A DNA stretch of 64,000 bases, from NCBI GenBank assembly GCA_963765495.1, contig CAVXWP010000001.1, positions 448,001 to 512,000 on the forward strand, in the 5' to 3' direction. The translations under genes were made by a program, and so were the position numbers. Below are positions 32,901 to 43,303 of the stretch, one piece after another (the stretch's first letter is position 1; each line of letters begins with the position of its first letter). The stretch comes from Blastocatellia bacterium (lineage in GTDB: Bacteria > Acidobacteriota > Blastocatellia > UBA7656). A model generated the notes under the pieces. It saw only the letters and a program-made list of their open reading frames with translations. It was not told the DNA's origin and ran no database searches.

Positions 32901-35900
32901 TCAATTTCCTTCGGCCTCGCGCACCTGCGGCGAGTGCAACGGCTCGGTCGCCTGTTCAGGCTTGACCTCAATATCCGCCTCTTCCATTTGACCTAGCGGC
33001 TCGGTCTTCTTTTTGGATTCAGCAGACTTTTTGGACTCGGTCGCTTTTTTAGACTCGCCCGTCTTTTTGGAATCGGTCGTCGCGGGGGCTTGCCTGAGCG
33101 CGTTGCCAAACTCTTCGGTCACCTGTTCGGTGCGTCGCGCCTGCTCGGCTTCGGTCACAGGTGGCCTCTGATCGGTTTCCGCCACATCATATTGTTGCGG
33201 GGCGCGTTGGCGCACGGCTATCGAATACTCTTCGTTGGCCGCTTCAAGATCGCCCATCGAATAGAGCACGCGACCGAGGTCCTGATGCGCCTGCGCGTAC
33301 TGACCCCCGCGTTGCTCTATCGCTGTGCGATAAGCCCGCACGGCCTCTTCCTGATTGCGGCTGCGAACATAAGCCAATCCCATCTGATAATTGGCTTCGG
33401 GATAGATGCCGTTTGATTGTTCGATGGCGGTCCCGTAAGCGTCAATCGCATCGGTTATTTCGCCCTTGCGCGCAAGCAGCAACCCTTTTTGAAAGTAAGC
33501 TTCGGGGAAAGTCCCGCCCTGTTGCTTTATGGCGCTTTCGAGTTCCTCCATAGCCTCGTTGTAATTGCCTGCGCGAATGAGTGCGCGGCCAAGTTCATAA
33601 TGGGCGCGGGGAAAGACGCCGTTGCGCTGTTTTATCGCGATGCGGAATTCGCGAATAGCCTCGTCGCCGTGGCCCAGATCATAAAGGACACGGCCTAAAT
33701 CGTGATGGGCCTCGGGAAAGACGGCCTGAGCCGTGGCAGCCCGAGTCGGAGCGGACGGAGTCGGAGCGGACGGAGGCGGCGAAGAGCCCAGTGTCTCTTC
33801 GCCTTCGTCCGAATCGCTGATCGATCCAAAAGATTCGGTGGTGAGCAGCGCCGTTCCGCCGTCGCCTATCACATGCGTCCCGGCGTCTCTCAACTGGTGG
33901 GTCTTTGCGAAATCTTCGCCCGAACGGACCTCGCGTTGAGCAATCGCCATCTCGAATTCCTCGCGGGCTCGTTCGAGCGCGCCGCTTTCATAGAGTGCGC
34001 GGCCCAGATTGCGATGGGCTTCGGCATCCATATTGCCGCGCAATTCGAGCGCGGTGCGAAATTCGGCTATGGCTTCGTCAAGCTGTCCGCGCCCGTAAAG
34101 TATCAACCCCAGATCGTGATGGGCGTTGGCCGCCCCGTCGCCTTGCGCGATAGCCTGATTGAGCGATTCGGCCGCGCGGTCGAGGTTGCCGAGCCTGGCC
34201 ATAGCGTTTCCTAAATTACGATACGCATCGGGGAAGTTGCCCCGCTGCTGCTCGATGGCCGTTTCGTATGCGCGGACGGATTCTTCTATCTCGCCGCGCG
34301 CATACAGGGCATTGCCTAGATTGTAATGGGCTTCGGCGTAACGTCCTCCGCGCTGTTCTATCGCGGTGCGATAGGCGGTGACGGCTTCATTCATTTCGCC
34401 CAGATCATAGAGCGCGACGCCCAGATTGTGCCACGCGGACGGGAAGCTCTCGCCAAGCTCTTTAGTCGCGCGTTTGAGGCTGATTACAGCCTCTTCGAGC
34501 GCGCCGCCCTCATACAGAGCAAGCCCCAGATCGTGATGCGCCACGGCATAAGAAGGGCGCTCGTTGATGGCGGCGCGATAAGAATTGATCGCGCCGTCAA
34601 GGTCGCCCATATCATAGAGCACGCGACCAAGATCGCGGTGCGCTTCGGCGATCTTCGGGTCGGCGGCAAGCGCTGCCTGTAAAGCATCGCACGCCTGATC
34701 GAGGTCCCCCATCTCGTAAAGCGCGCGACCAAGCATGTAATGAGCCTCGGGGAATTCCGAGCCGTGCTGGGTGATGACGTGTTCGCACGCCTCTACGGAT
34801 TCGGAGAGGTCGCCGTGATCGTAGAGCGAACGGGCCAGATCGAGATAGGCGGCCGGGAAATCGGGTTGCTGCTCTACGGCGCGGCGCAACTCAAGAATGG
34901 ATTCGTCAAGCTGGCCCGACCTGTAAAGAGCGATTCCCAGATAGTGGTGCGCCCACGGCATGTCATCGTTGAGCGCAAGCGCGCGGCGGAATTCCGCGAT
35001 TGCTTCCTGGGTGGCCGAAGACTCAAGCAACGCAGCCCCAAGGCTGTAATGCGCCGCCGGGAAGACTTCGTTTTCAGAGATAGCGGCCCGGTAGGAATCT
35101 ATCGCCTTGTCGAGCGCGCCCGTGCGCGCATAAGCGAGACCGAGACTGTAATGCGCCTCCGGGTACGGGGCTTCGCGGGTCTCAATCGCGGAGCGGTATG
35201 ACATTATGGCAGAAGCCACATCGCCTTTCGCGTTATAAGCGGTGCCGAGCCAGAAATGCGCGTCGGCAAATTCGGCGGCCTGCTCTATAGCCATGCGTTG
35301 CGCGCCTATGGATTCGTCGAGCTGCCCCTTGCTGAAATAGGCAAGGCCAAGATCGTGATAGGCTTCGGCGAATTCGCCGTCGCGTTGATCTATGGCTGTG
35401 CGCAGCGATTGTATAGCGCCTTCGAGATCGCCTACGCGATAGAGCGCGCGGCCCAGATTGCGATAAGAACGCGGGAAGACGGGCTGCTGTTTTATCGACT
35501 CGCGGAACTCTTTTGTGGCCTCTTCGAAGCGTTCCAGATCGAAAAATACGAGCCCGAGGTTGTGGTGAGCCTTGGCAAACTCTCCGCCGCGCTGTTCTAT
35601 GGCCGACTGGAATGTCTTGACCGCTTCTTCAAGTTCGCCGCTGCGATAATGGGCGAGGCCAAGATCGTGATAGGCTTCGGGGAAATTCTCGTTCTGCGAG
35701 ATAGCCGTCTTGAATGATTTGATCGCGAGGTCAAGTTTCTGCTCGGCCGAATATATGCGCCCAAGCTCGTAATGAGCATCGGGGTAGCTGCCTCCGCGCA
35801 GGCTGATTGCCGCGCCGAACTGCTCGGCGGCGCTCGCGGCATCTCCCAGATCATAGAGCGCAAGCCCCAGATTGTAATGAGCGCGCGGATAGCGTTGATT

Positions 35901-36842
35901 CTGCTCTATGGCGCTGCGATAGGCTTCAACCGCTTCGCGCAGATCGCCCCGGCGCGCAAGCGCCTGCCCCAGATTGTGATAAGCCCACGGGAAATCCGGC
36001 CTCTGTTGAATGGCGGAGCGGTACTCGTCAATGGCTCCCTGAAGATCTCCCTGCCGGGCAAGCGCGCGGCCAAGTTCGTGATGCGCGTCCGGGTAAAGCG
36101 GCTGCGCTTCGAGCGCGGAACGAAGCTCTGTGATCGCCTCGTCCAGATGGCCCAGACCGTAAAGCGCCCGCCCAAGCTCCAGATGGGCCTGCGGGAAACG
36201 CGCGCGCTGCTGCTCGATTGCCGCGCGAAAGGCCTCGACCGCGCCCTTGAGGTCGCCCATCGCCATAAGCACGCGACCAAGCTCGAACTGTGTATCGGGA
36301 TAGCTGCCGTGCCGCTGATCAATCGCCTTGCGAAGCGCCGAAGCCGCGCGGTCAAGGTCGCCCTTGCGGGCAAGCGTTATGCCGAGGTTATGCCACGCCT
36401 TTGGAAACTCGCCGTTGCGCTGTTCTATGGCCTGATTGAAGGCCGCAGCCGCTTCGTCAAATTCGCCCCGTCTGAGCAAAGCTATTCCGAGATTATGATA
36501 GGCCCACGGATGATTGCCGCCGCGTTGCTCTATAGCCTTGCGATACGAATCCACGGCTTCGGCGTATTCGCCCCGCCGCGCCAGTGTCAGCCCCAGGCTG
36601 TAATAGGCATCCGGGTTTTCAGGTTGCTGATTGATCGAAGTGCGAAACGATTCGATGGCCCCATCAACATCACCCATGTCGAGCAGCGCCCGAGCAAGCT
36701 GATAATGAGCGCGAGGAAAATTGTCTTCGCGCATCTTTATGGCCATTCGATAACTGTTTATCGCTTCATCGAGCCAGCCTTTGTTGTAAAATACGAGACC
36801 CTTATCCAGGTATTGCTGCGCGGTACTCAAAGAGCCTGTCAT
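32901..36842 (-). CDS. Very long tetratricopeptide repeat protein (1313 aa)
   Basis: About 30 repeats of 'AH..LG.AL...G....A...FR.AI.Q....FP'; no catalytic domain seen. Confidence 0.92.
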   Translation of the reverse strand: MTGSLSTAQQYLDKGLVFYNKGWLDEAINSYRMAIKMREDNFPRAHYQLARALLDMGDVDGAIESFRTSINQQPENPDAYYSLGLTLARRGEYAEAVDSYRKAIEQRGGNHPWAYHNLGIALLRRGEFDEAAAAFNQAIEQRNGEFPKAWHNLGITLARKGDLDRAASALRKAIDQRHGSYPDTQFELGRVLMAMGDLKGAVEAFRAAIEQQRARFPQAHLELGRALYGLGHLDEAITELRSALEAQPLYPDAHHELGRALARQGDLQGAIDEYRSAIQQRPDFPWAYHNLGQALARRGDLREAVEAYRSAIEQNQRYPRAHYNLGLALYDLGDAASAAEQFGAAISLRGGSYPDAHYELGRIYSAEQKLDLAIKSFKTAISQNENFPEAYHDLGLAHYRSGELEEAVKTFQSAIEQRGGEFAKAHHNLGLVFFDLERFEEATKEFRESIKQQPVFPRSYRNLGRALYRVGDLEGAIQSLRTAIDQRDGEFAEAYHDLGLAYFSKGQLDESIGAQRMAIEQAAEFADAHFWLGTAYNAKGDVASAIMSYRSAIETREAPYPEAHYSLGLAYARTGALDKAIDSYRAAISENEVFPAAHYSLGAALLESSATQEAIAEFRRALALNDDMPWAHHYLGIALYRSGQLDESILELRRAVEQQPDFPAAYLDLARSLYDHGDLSESVEACEHVITQHGSEFPEAHYMLGRALYEMGDLDQACDALQAALAADPKIAEAHRDLGRVLYDMGDLDGAINSYRAAINERPSYAVAHHDLGLALYEGGALEEAVISLKRATKELGESFPSAWHNLGVALYDLGEMNEAVTAYRTAIEQRGGRYAEAHYNLGNALYARGEIEESVRAYETAIEQQRGNFPDAYRNLGNAMARLGNLDRAAESLNQAIAQGDGAANAHHDLGLILYGRGQLDEAIAEFRTALELRGNMDAEAHRNLGRALYESGALERAREEFEMAIAQREVRSGEDFAKTHQLRDAGTHVIGDGGTALLTTESFGSISDSDEGEETLGSSPPPSAPTPSAPTRAATAQAVFPEAHHDLGRVLYDLGHGDEAIREFRIAIKQRNGVFPRAHYELGRALIRAGNYNEAMEELESAIKQQGGTFPEAYFQKGLLLARKGEITDAIDAYGTAIEQSNGIYPEANYQMGLAYVRSRNQEEAVRAYRTAIEQRGGQYAQAHQDLGRVLYSMGDLEAANEEYSIAVRQRAPQQYDVAETDQRPPVTEAEQARRTEQVTEEFGNALRQAPATTDSKKTGESKKATESKKSAESKKKTEPLGQMEEADIEVKPEQATEPLHSPQVREAEGN

Positions 36843-37181
36843 AATATTGAAACCCCTCGTTAAATCAGAAAAAGTGGTTGCCTGATAATATCACGCGACA
36901 GCCGGACACAAAAAGTGGGGAGAGATGAGCTTGCAAGGGATGAGGTAGGATGAGATACCTCCGGGCCTGCCGCCTATACTATTCGAGCCGACGCGGCTCT
37001 ATTATTACACCAGCGCAAAGAGTTTTATCAAGCAGTACATGGCCAATCGATTTATCGGGAAGTGCTTTGAGCCGAAGGAGCAGCTTTCTTTGAGACCCGG
37101 CCTATTCCCATTTGCTTTCGGCTCAAAGTGATATTCAACACTGTTTATGTCGAATGCCGACGGATCAAAATTGAATAACTC

Positions 37182-38072
37182 TTACTCGGAAGCGGGCGCG
37201 GTTTCGATGAGCATATCAATAAATCGGCGTGCGGCGGCGGTAAAGACTTTGCCCTTGCGATGGATGATGCCGATGGGGCGAGTGAAATTACGCGTAAAAT
37301 TGACTGCGCTCAGGGTTCCGGAGCGAAGCTCGTTTTCGACCGTGGCTCGCGGGACTATCGTAACACCGAGATCGGCCTCGACCGAGCGTTTTATCGTCTC
37401 AATGTTATCAAACTCCATAACGTATTGAACGGTTGTATCGTAGGAGCGGAGTATCTTATCGACGGCCTTACGAGTAGGAATATCGCGCTCGAATCCTATA
37501 AACCGCTGCCCGCCGAGCGCGTTGATGTCAATCCGTTTGCGCGAAGAGAATTCGTGATCGGGGCTGCATACGAGCACAAGCCGGTCGCTGCGAAAAGGGA
37601 TGATCTCGATCTGAGGCCGCGCCGCAGGGTAAGCGACTATGCCCATGTCAACGGAGCTTGCAATCACATCTTCATAGATCTTATTTGTGCGGCTGTATTC
37701 GATATGGATGTTGACCTGCGGGTATGATTTGATAAAGCGTTTCAGCAGGGGCGACAACTCGTGAAGCCCGACCGAATAAATAGTCGCCACGCGAACCTGT
37801 CCGCCCACAACATTGCCGAGCCCCTGAACCTCTTCGGTCAGGTTGTCGAACCGCTCGATGATCTCGCGGCACCCCTGATAAAATGCCAGCCCGGCAGAGG
37901 TAGGAACCAGCCCGCCCCGGCTTCTTTCGACCAGCTTGCGTCCGAACCGTTCTTCGAGGCCGCGCACCTGCTGGCTGACGGCCGATTGCGATACGAAATT
38001 CATGCTCGCCGCTTTTGAGAAACTGCGCGTCTCTATCAAATCGCAGAAGACTTTCAAGGATTCGATGTGCAT
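37182..38072 (-). CDS. LysR-family transcriptional regulator
   Basis: SFSKAA..NFVSQSAVSQQVRGLE HTH; C-terminal PBP2 domain. Confidence 0.95.
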   Translation of the reverse strand: MHIESLKVFCDLIETRSFSKAASMNFVSQSAVSQQVRGLEERFGRKLVERSRGGLVPTSAGLAFYQGCREIIERFDNLTEEVQGLGNVVGGQVRVATIYSVGLHELSPLLKRFIKSYPQVNIHIEYSRTNKIYEDVIASSVDMGIVAYPAARPQIEIIPFRSDRLVLVCSPDHEFSSRKRIDINALGGQRFIGFERDIPTRKAVDKILRSYDTTVQYVMEFDNIETIKRSVEADLGVTIVPRATVENELRSGTLSAVNFTRNFTRPIGIIHRKGKVFTAAARRFIDMLIETAPASE

Positions 38073-38196
38073 AACAGAGCCTTATCCTGCATCTCGGTGC
38101 CGCTCGACTTACTTATAGCATATCTCATCAGCGGGCAGTAAGCCTTGCTCTTTCATCCGAGCGCCAATAGTTTATACTCGATGCGTAAAAAACTTA

Positions 38197-38249
38197 GACA
38201 GGATTAACAAGATTTTCTTTTAATCTTTTTGATTCTTGTTAATCCTGTC
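38197..38249. repeat. Family B 9-nt-period palindromic element
   Basis: GACAGGATTAACAAGA...TCTTGTTAATCCTGTC. Confidence 0.8.
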
Positions 38250-38273
38250 AAAAAAATCCACTGGAGGACGTGA

Positions 38274-40382
38274 ATGAACAGGCCCATCAGGTACATTGTA
38301 CCGCTCTTGCTCGCGTTTATCGCCAACGGAATTTCGCTTACCGCTCTGGCATCAACACCAACTAATGAGGCGGCAACGCGGTTCTTCCCGGCAAAGGATT
38401 TGATGAGGATAGGCGTTTACTACTATCCCGAACACTGGCCCGCCGAGCAATGGGACCGCGACTTCGCAAAGATGGAAGCGATGGGATTTGAGTTTGTCCA
38501 CATGGCGGAATTTGCCTGGGCATTCATGGAACCGGAAGAAGGCAAGTTCGATTTCGCGTGGCTCGACCGGGCGGTAGAACTGGCCGCGCGCCATCACCTG
38601 CGCGTTATTCTTTGCACCCCGACTCCCTGTCCTCCCGCCTGGATGGCTGAAAAATACCCCGAGACTTTTCTTGTAGGCACAGACGGGCGGCGCAGGGAAC
38701 ACGGCTCGCGCGGCAACAACGCGCTTGCCGACCCTACTTATCTGCGGTTGAGCCAGCGCGTGATCACCGAGATGGCCCGCCGCTATGGTCGAAACCCTGC
38801 GGTCTGGGGCTGGCAGTTGGATAACGAGCCGATTGCTCAGCCCGATTACAGCCCTTCGTCCGAGCAGGCGTTCCGCAAATGGCTCGAAGCCCGCTACAAA
38901 ACCATCGATGTGCTGAACCGCGAATGGGGGGCGGCTTTCTGGAGCCTGAAATACAACAGCTTTGATCAGATACGCATTCCCAACCCGACTATGCTTTACG
39001 GTCCGAGCCCGCACGCCATCCTGGATTTCCGCCGCTTCACGGCTGACCAGACGGCGCGGTTTTTGAACTGGCAGGCCGGTCTGCTTCGCCGCGACACCGC
39101 GCCCGCTCAATGGATCACGACAAACTACATATCCAACATAGGCAGTGCCGACCCGCGCCGTTCGGATGCGCTCGACTTTATCTCTTTCACGATCTACCCG
39201 GTCAGCGGCGGCCACAATCTGGGCGAAGACGGATTCCGGCTCGGGTGGCAGGACGGAATCGCTTTCGCCGGACCTTTCTACAAACACATCAAAGGAGCTA
39301 CGGGCGTGATGGAGTTGCAGCCCGGTCAGGTGAACTGGGCGTGGGTCAATCCGCAGCCTATGCCCGGAGTCGTGCGTATGTGGCTCTGGCACGCCTTTGC
39401 CGCCGGGTGTTCTTTCGCCTCTCCTTACCGCTTCCGCCAGCCGCTCTACGGCAGCGAGCAATATCATTACGGCATAGTTGGTACGGATGGAGTGACGCCC
39501 TCGCCGGGCGGTCTGGAGTATCAGCAGGTAGCGCGTGAAATGGCTATGCTGCGGACGAAATACGATGCGGCCCGAAAGCCTCCGGCTGATTATCTTGCGC
39601 GCCGGACGGCCATCCTCTGGAATCACGAAAACCTCTGGAACATAGATCAGCAAAAACAGAGCGGCATGTGGGATACGTGGGGGCACATGTTCCGCTATCT
39701 GGAAAGCGCCCGATCCCTTGGCGCGCCGGTCGATTTCCCCTCTGAATCGGATGACTTTTCGGACTATCCGGTGTTGATAGCCCCGGCCTACCAGTTGATA
39801 GATGAAGAACTGGTTCGCAAGTGGACAAGGTATGTTGAGCAGGGCGGCCACCTCGTGCTGACCTGCCGCACGGGACAGAAGAAGCGCAACGGTCAGTTGT
39901 GGGAAGCGAAATGGGCCGAGCCTATTTATCCGTTGATCGGCGCTGAGATCTCCTTCTTCGATCTTCTGCTGAATGACGGCAAGGGAGAGGTCACGATGAA
40001 TTCCGCCACTTACCCGTGGAATGTCTGGGGCGAGGTTTTGAAACCGATGGCAGGTACGGAGGCGGTTGCCACCTATTCAAATCAATTCTACGCGGGACAG
40101 ACGGCGGTGACATATCACCGCCTCGGCAAAGGCAGCGTCACATATATCGGCGTGCACACAAAAGATGGAAGGCTCGAAAAAGAGGTGCTGCGCGAGGTCT
40201 ATAAACGGGCCGGAATCGGTGTAGAAGACTACCCGGAAGGCGTTTATGTAGACTGGCGCGACGGCTTCTGGGTCGGAGTGAATTATTCTTCGAGCCCTGC
40301 GGAAATCAAGCTGCCCGATAAGGCCGAAATTCTATTTGGAAGCCGGACCTTGAAACCCGCAGACGTGCTTGTGTGGAGATAA
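38274..40382 (+). CDS. Beta-galactosidase, glycoside hydrolase family 42 (secreted)
   Basis: GVYYYPEHW, AEFAW, CTPTPCPPAW, WQLDNEP, MELQPGQVNW; signal peptide. Confidence 0.93.
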   Translation: MNRPIRYIVPLLLAFIANGISLTALASTPTNEAATRFFPAKDLMRIGVYYYPEHWPAEQWDRDFAKMEAMGFEFVHMAEFAWAFMEPEEGKFDFAWLDRAVELAARHHLRVILCTPTPCPPAWMAEKYPETFLVGTDGRRREHGSRGNNALADPTYLRLSQRVITEMARRYGRNPAVWGWQLDNEPIAQPDYSPSSEQAFRKWLEARYKTIDVLNREWGAAFWSLKYNSFDQIRIPNPTMLYGPSPHAILDFRRFTADQTARFLNWQAGLLRRDTAPAQWITTNYISNIGSADPRRSDALDFISFTIYPVSGGHNLGEDGFRLGWQDGIAFAGPFYKHIKGATGVMELQPGQVNWAWVNPQPMPGVVRMWLWHAFAAGCSFASPYRFRQPLYGSEQYHYGIVGTDGVTPSPGGLEYQQVAREMAMLRTKYDAARKPPADYLARRTAILWNHENLWNIDQQKQSGMWDTWGHMFRYLESARSLGAPVDFPSESDDFSDYPVLIAPAYQLIDEELVRKWTRYVEQGGHLVLTCRTGQKKRNGQLWEAKWAEPIYPLIGAEISFFDLLLNDGKGEVTMNSATYPWNVWGEVLKPMAGTEAVATYSNQFYAGQTAVTYHRLGKGSVTYIGVHTKDGRLEKEVLREVYKRAGIGVEDYPEGVYVDWRDGFWVGVNYSSSPAEIKLPDKAEILFGSRTLKPADVLVWR

Positions 40383-40414
40383 GGCAGCCCGCCAACGGCA
40401 GAAAAGCAAGTTGA

Positions 40415-40517
40415 AATAGGCCGGGACGGACGCGGATCGGGCGGATATACGCGGATCTGAAACCATATGATCTGATCCGCGTTGATCCGCCTAAATCCGC
40501 GTCCGTCCCGGCCTATT
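40415..40517. repeat. Family A 9-nt-period palindromic element, copy 2
   Basis: AATAGGCCGGGACGGACGCGGAT...ATCCGCGTCCGTCCCGGCCTATT (23-bp perfect IR). Confidence 0.88.
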
Positions 40518-40630
40518 GCCCTTCTCCAATCCATGCACTTTGAATTAACGCCTGCACATTCGCCCGCCGCGTTGACTTGGCGAGAGAAAGTTTATAACGT
40601 GATTTATGGGGACGTTCTTGAATTGAAAGG

Positions 40631-41560
40631 ATGAGAATGAAGATAGGCATATCGCTTCCGCAACTGGGGCCGCAGGCTTCGCCGGAAAATCTGATCCGCG
40701 TGGCCGAACGAGCCGAACAACTTGGATACGATTCCGTCTGGGTGCTCGAACGCTTGATGGTTCCGCTCAACCCGCAGGAACCTTATCCCGCATCACCCGA
40801 CGGGAAACTACCCGATACTTACAAGATAGTCTTTGATCCGATTGAAACGCTCACCTTCGTCGCCGCCCGCACAAGCAAAGTGCGGCTCGGCACAAGCGTA
40901 CTAGTTTTGCCTTACCACACGCCGATTGAGCTTGCGCGAAGGCTTGCCACACTCGATGTGCTTTCAAACGGGCGCGTCTCGGTAGGCGTGGGCGCAGGCT
41001 GGTCGCACGATGAATTTGAGGCCGTGGGAACTCCCTTTAATCGGCGCGGTGCGCGCAGCGACGAATTTCTTCAAGCGATGATCGACCTCTGGACCGATGA
41101 CCCCGTGAAATTCGACGGCGAGTTTTATCACGTCGCCGAAGCTTACGTAGGCCCAAAGCCCGTTCAAAAACCGCATCCGCCAATCTACGTGGCAGGCTTT
41201 GGCGATTTCGCGCTCAAGCGCGCAGTCAGGTACGGGAATGGCTGGAACCCTTCCGGCGTTCCAAATTTCGAATGGTTTGAAGCGATGCTCAAACAGCTTT
41301 ACGAGATCGCCGGGCGCGAAGGGCGCGAGACGCCCGAAGTCGTGGTGCGCGCGTTTACTCTTGTGCTCGACAAGGCAGCGGGCGAAGGTCGCGGAGTCAC
41401 TATGGGCAGCCTCGACGAGATCAAGCAGGACATAGGGCGTATGCGCGACCTCGGAGTGACCGAATTGATCCACTCCCCGCCTGAAATCGGTTTCACCGAT
41501 TCGCCCGACATCGAGCCGGGCCTGGCGCTGATGGAACGGTTGATTGAAATCTCGCGTTAA
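40631..41560 (+). CDS. LLM-class F420-dependent oxidoreductase
   Basis: GYDSVWV, LGTSVLVLP, GVGAGW, PKPVQKPHPPI; next to cofG/cofH. Confidence 0.9.
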   Translation: MRMKIGISLPQLGPQASPENLIRVAERAEQLGYDSVWVLERLMVPLNPQEPYPASPDGKLPDTYKIVFDPIETLTFVAARTSKVRLGTSVLVLPYHTPIELARRLATLDVLSNGRVSVGVGAGWSHDEFEAVGTPFNRRGARSDEFLQAMIDLWTDDPVKFDGEFYHVAEAYVGPKPVQKPHPPIYVAGFGDFALKRAVRYGNGWNPSGVPNFEWFEAMLKQLYEIAGREGRETPEVVVRAFTLVLDKAAGEGRGVTMGSLDEIKQDIGRMRDLGVTELIHSPPEIGFTDSPDIEPGLALMERLIEISR

Positions 41561-41565
41561 GAATT

Positions 41566-41612
41566 ACAGGACAGGAATCACAGGACAGGAATCACAGGGC
41601 AGGAGTCGCAGG
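41566..41612 (+). repeat. Tandem 14-nt (2x7) direct repeat
   Basis: ACAGGACAGGAATC x2 followed by a degenerate third unit. Confidence 0.6.
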
Positions 41613-41623
41613 CGGCGCTCGAT

Positions 41624-42052
41624 ATGGATGATAGAGTGCGAGAGTTTATAAGCAGTCACGCGGTTGCGCGGCTTGCAACCGTGGACGGCGACGGGCGGCC
41701 TACGGTCATACCCCTCTGCTTTGTGCTTGACGGCGATCACATCTATTCGCCTGTTGACGAGAAGCCGAAATCCGTAGCCCCCGCCCGGCTCAAGCGCGTT
41801 CGCAACATAGAGGCGAATCCGCACGTCTCGCTTGTGATAGACGACTATTCGGAAGACTGGAGCCAGCTTGCTTATGTGCTCGTAGGCGGGCTGGCCGAGA
41901 TCGTCAAGCCTGAGGATAACCCCACCGAGCGCGAGCGCGTCATCCGGCTGCTGCGCGACAAGTACACGCAGTATCGCTCGATGGCGCTCGAAAATCGGTT
42001 GCTGATAAAGATCACACCCATCAGAATAAAACAATGGAGCGCTCAACGGTAA
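41624..42052 (+). CDS. PPOX-class F420-dependent oxidoreductase (split barrel)
   Basis: VARLATVD, DEKPK, LKRVRNIEANP, DDYSEDWSQL. Confidence 0.88.
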   Translation: MDDRVREFISSHAVARLATVDGDGRPTVIPLCFVLDGDHIYSPVDEKPKSVAPARLKRVRNIEANPHVSLVIDDYSEDWSQLAYVLVGGLAEIVKPEDNPTERERVIRLLRDKYTQYRSMALENRLLIKITPIRIKQWSAQR

Positions 42053-43251
42053 AAATGATGGGGTCTCAAATCTCAAATCTCAAATCTCAAATCGGCTTTG
42101 ATCGAGCGTTAGCCGCTGCGCGTGAGGGCGAAATCACTCGCGAGATAGCCCTCACGCTTATAAGCGCGAGCGATGAAGAGAGGCTCGCCTCACTCACTCG
42201 CGCAGCCGCCGAGGTGCGAGATCATCTAAAAGGGCGGGTGATCAGCTTCTCAAAGAAAGTCTTCATACCGCTTACAAATCTGTGCCGTGACTATTGCGGC
42301 TATTGCACGTTTCGCAAGGACCCCGGGGATGCCGGCGCGCACACGATGACGCCCGACGAAGTGCTTGAGGTGGCCGAAGCGGGCGCGCGTCTCGGTTGCA
42401 AAGAAGCGCTCTTTAGTCTGGGCGACAGACCCGAAGCTCTCTTTCCCGAGATGCGCGAAACGCTTCGGCGACTCGGGCATCGCACTACGCTTTCATATCT
42501 GGCCGAGATGTGCGAGCGCGTATTGAATGAAACCGGATTGCTGCCGCACGCAAACCCCGGACTTTTGGGGCGACGCGATCTGGAATCGCTCAGACGCTCA
42601 AACCCGAGCGCGGGCCTTATGCTTGAAAACGTAAGCGAGCGCCTTACGCTTGCGGGGATGCCGCACGACAACGCACCCGATAAACGCCCCGCGCTCCGGC
42701 TTCGCACGATTGAAGAGGCGGGAAGATTGCGCGTGCCCTTTACCACGGGGATATTGATCGGTATAGGCGAGACGCTCGCCGAGCGGGTCGATTCGCTGTT
42801 TGCCGTTCTGGAATTGAATCGGCGCTATGGTCACATTCAGGAAGTGATCATTCAGAATTTTCGCGCAAAGCCGCTTATACCCATGCGCCATCATCCTGAA
42901 CCCGGCCTCGACGATCTCGCCCGTACAATAGCCGTAGCGCGGTTGATACTTCGAGATATGAACGTACAGGCTCCGCCCAATCTGTCGGATGATAATTACC
43001 CTTCGCTGATCGAGGCCGGATTGAATGACTGGGGCGGAATCTCTCCGCTCACGCCCGATCACATAAACCCCGAAAAACCCTGGCCGCACATCGAAGCCCT
43101 GCGCGATCACACCCGCGCGGCGGGCTACGAGTTGCGAGAGCGATTGAATATCTATCCCGAGTTTGTCTTTCGAGACGAGTTTCTCGATCCGAAGCTGGCG
43201 ACGCGCGTGCGCTCAATGGCAGACAAATCGGGTTATGCGAAAGTAAGTTAA
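42034..43251 (+). CDS. cofG: FO synthase subunit CofG
   Basis: FIPLTNLCRDYCGYCTF, LLPHANPG, FTTGILIGIGE, QNFRAK, DWGGISP; start could be 42055 or 42058. Confidence 0.95.
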   Translation: MERSTVKMMGSQISNLKSQIGFDRALAAAREGEITREIALTLISASDEERLASLTRAAAEVRDHLKGRVISFSKKVFIPLTNLCRDYCGYCTFRKDPGDAGAHTMTPDEVLEVAEAGARLGCKEALFSLGDRPEALFPEMRETLRRLGHRTTLSYLAEMCERVLNETGLLPHANPGLLGRRDLESLRRSNPSAGLMLENVSERLTLAGMPHDNAPDKRPALRLRTIEEAGRLRVPFTTGILIGIGETLAERVDSLFAVLELNRRYGHIQEVIIQNFRAKPLIPMRHHPEPGLDDLARTIAVARLILRDMNVQAPPNLSDDNYPSLIEAGLNDWGGISPLTPDHINPEKPWPHIEALRDHTRAAGYELRERLNIYPEFVFRDEFLDPKLATRVRSMADKSGYAKVS

Positions 43252-43303
43252 TCTCGTCAGGCAATTTTGTATTGCCTGCAAGACTTGTGAAAGGAGAGCA
43301 ATT

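Noticed and set aside
40283-40534. 83-aa ORF containing 'RRINADQ...IRVYPPDPRP'
   Set aside because: It is a translation of the 9-nt-period family A repeat plus antisense GH42 sequence, not a gene
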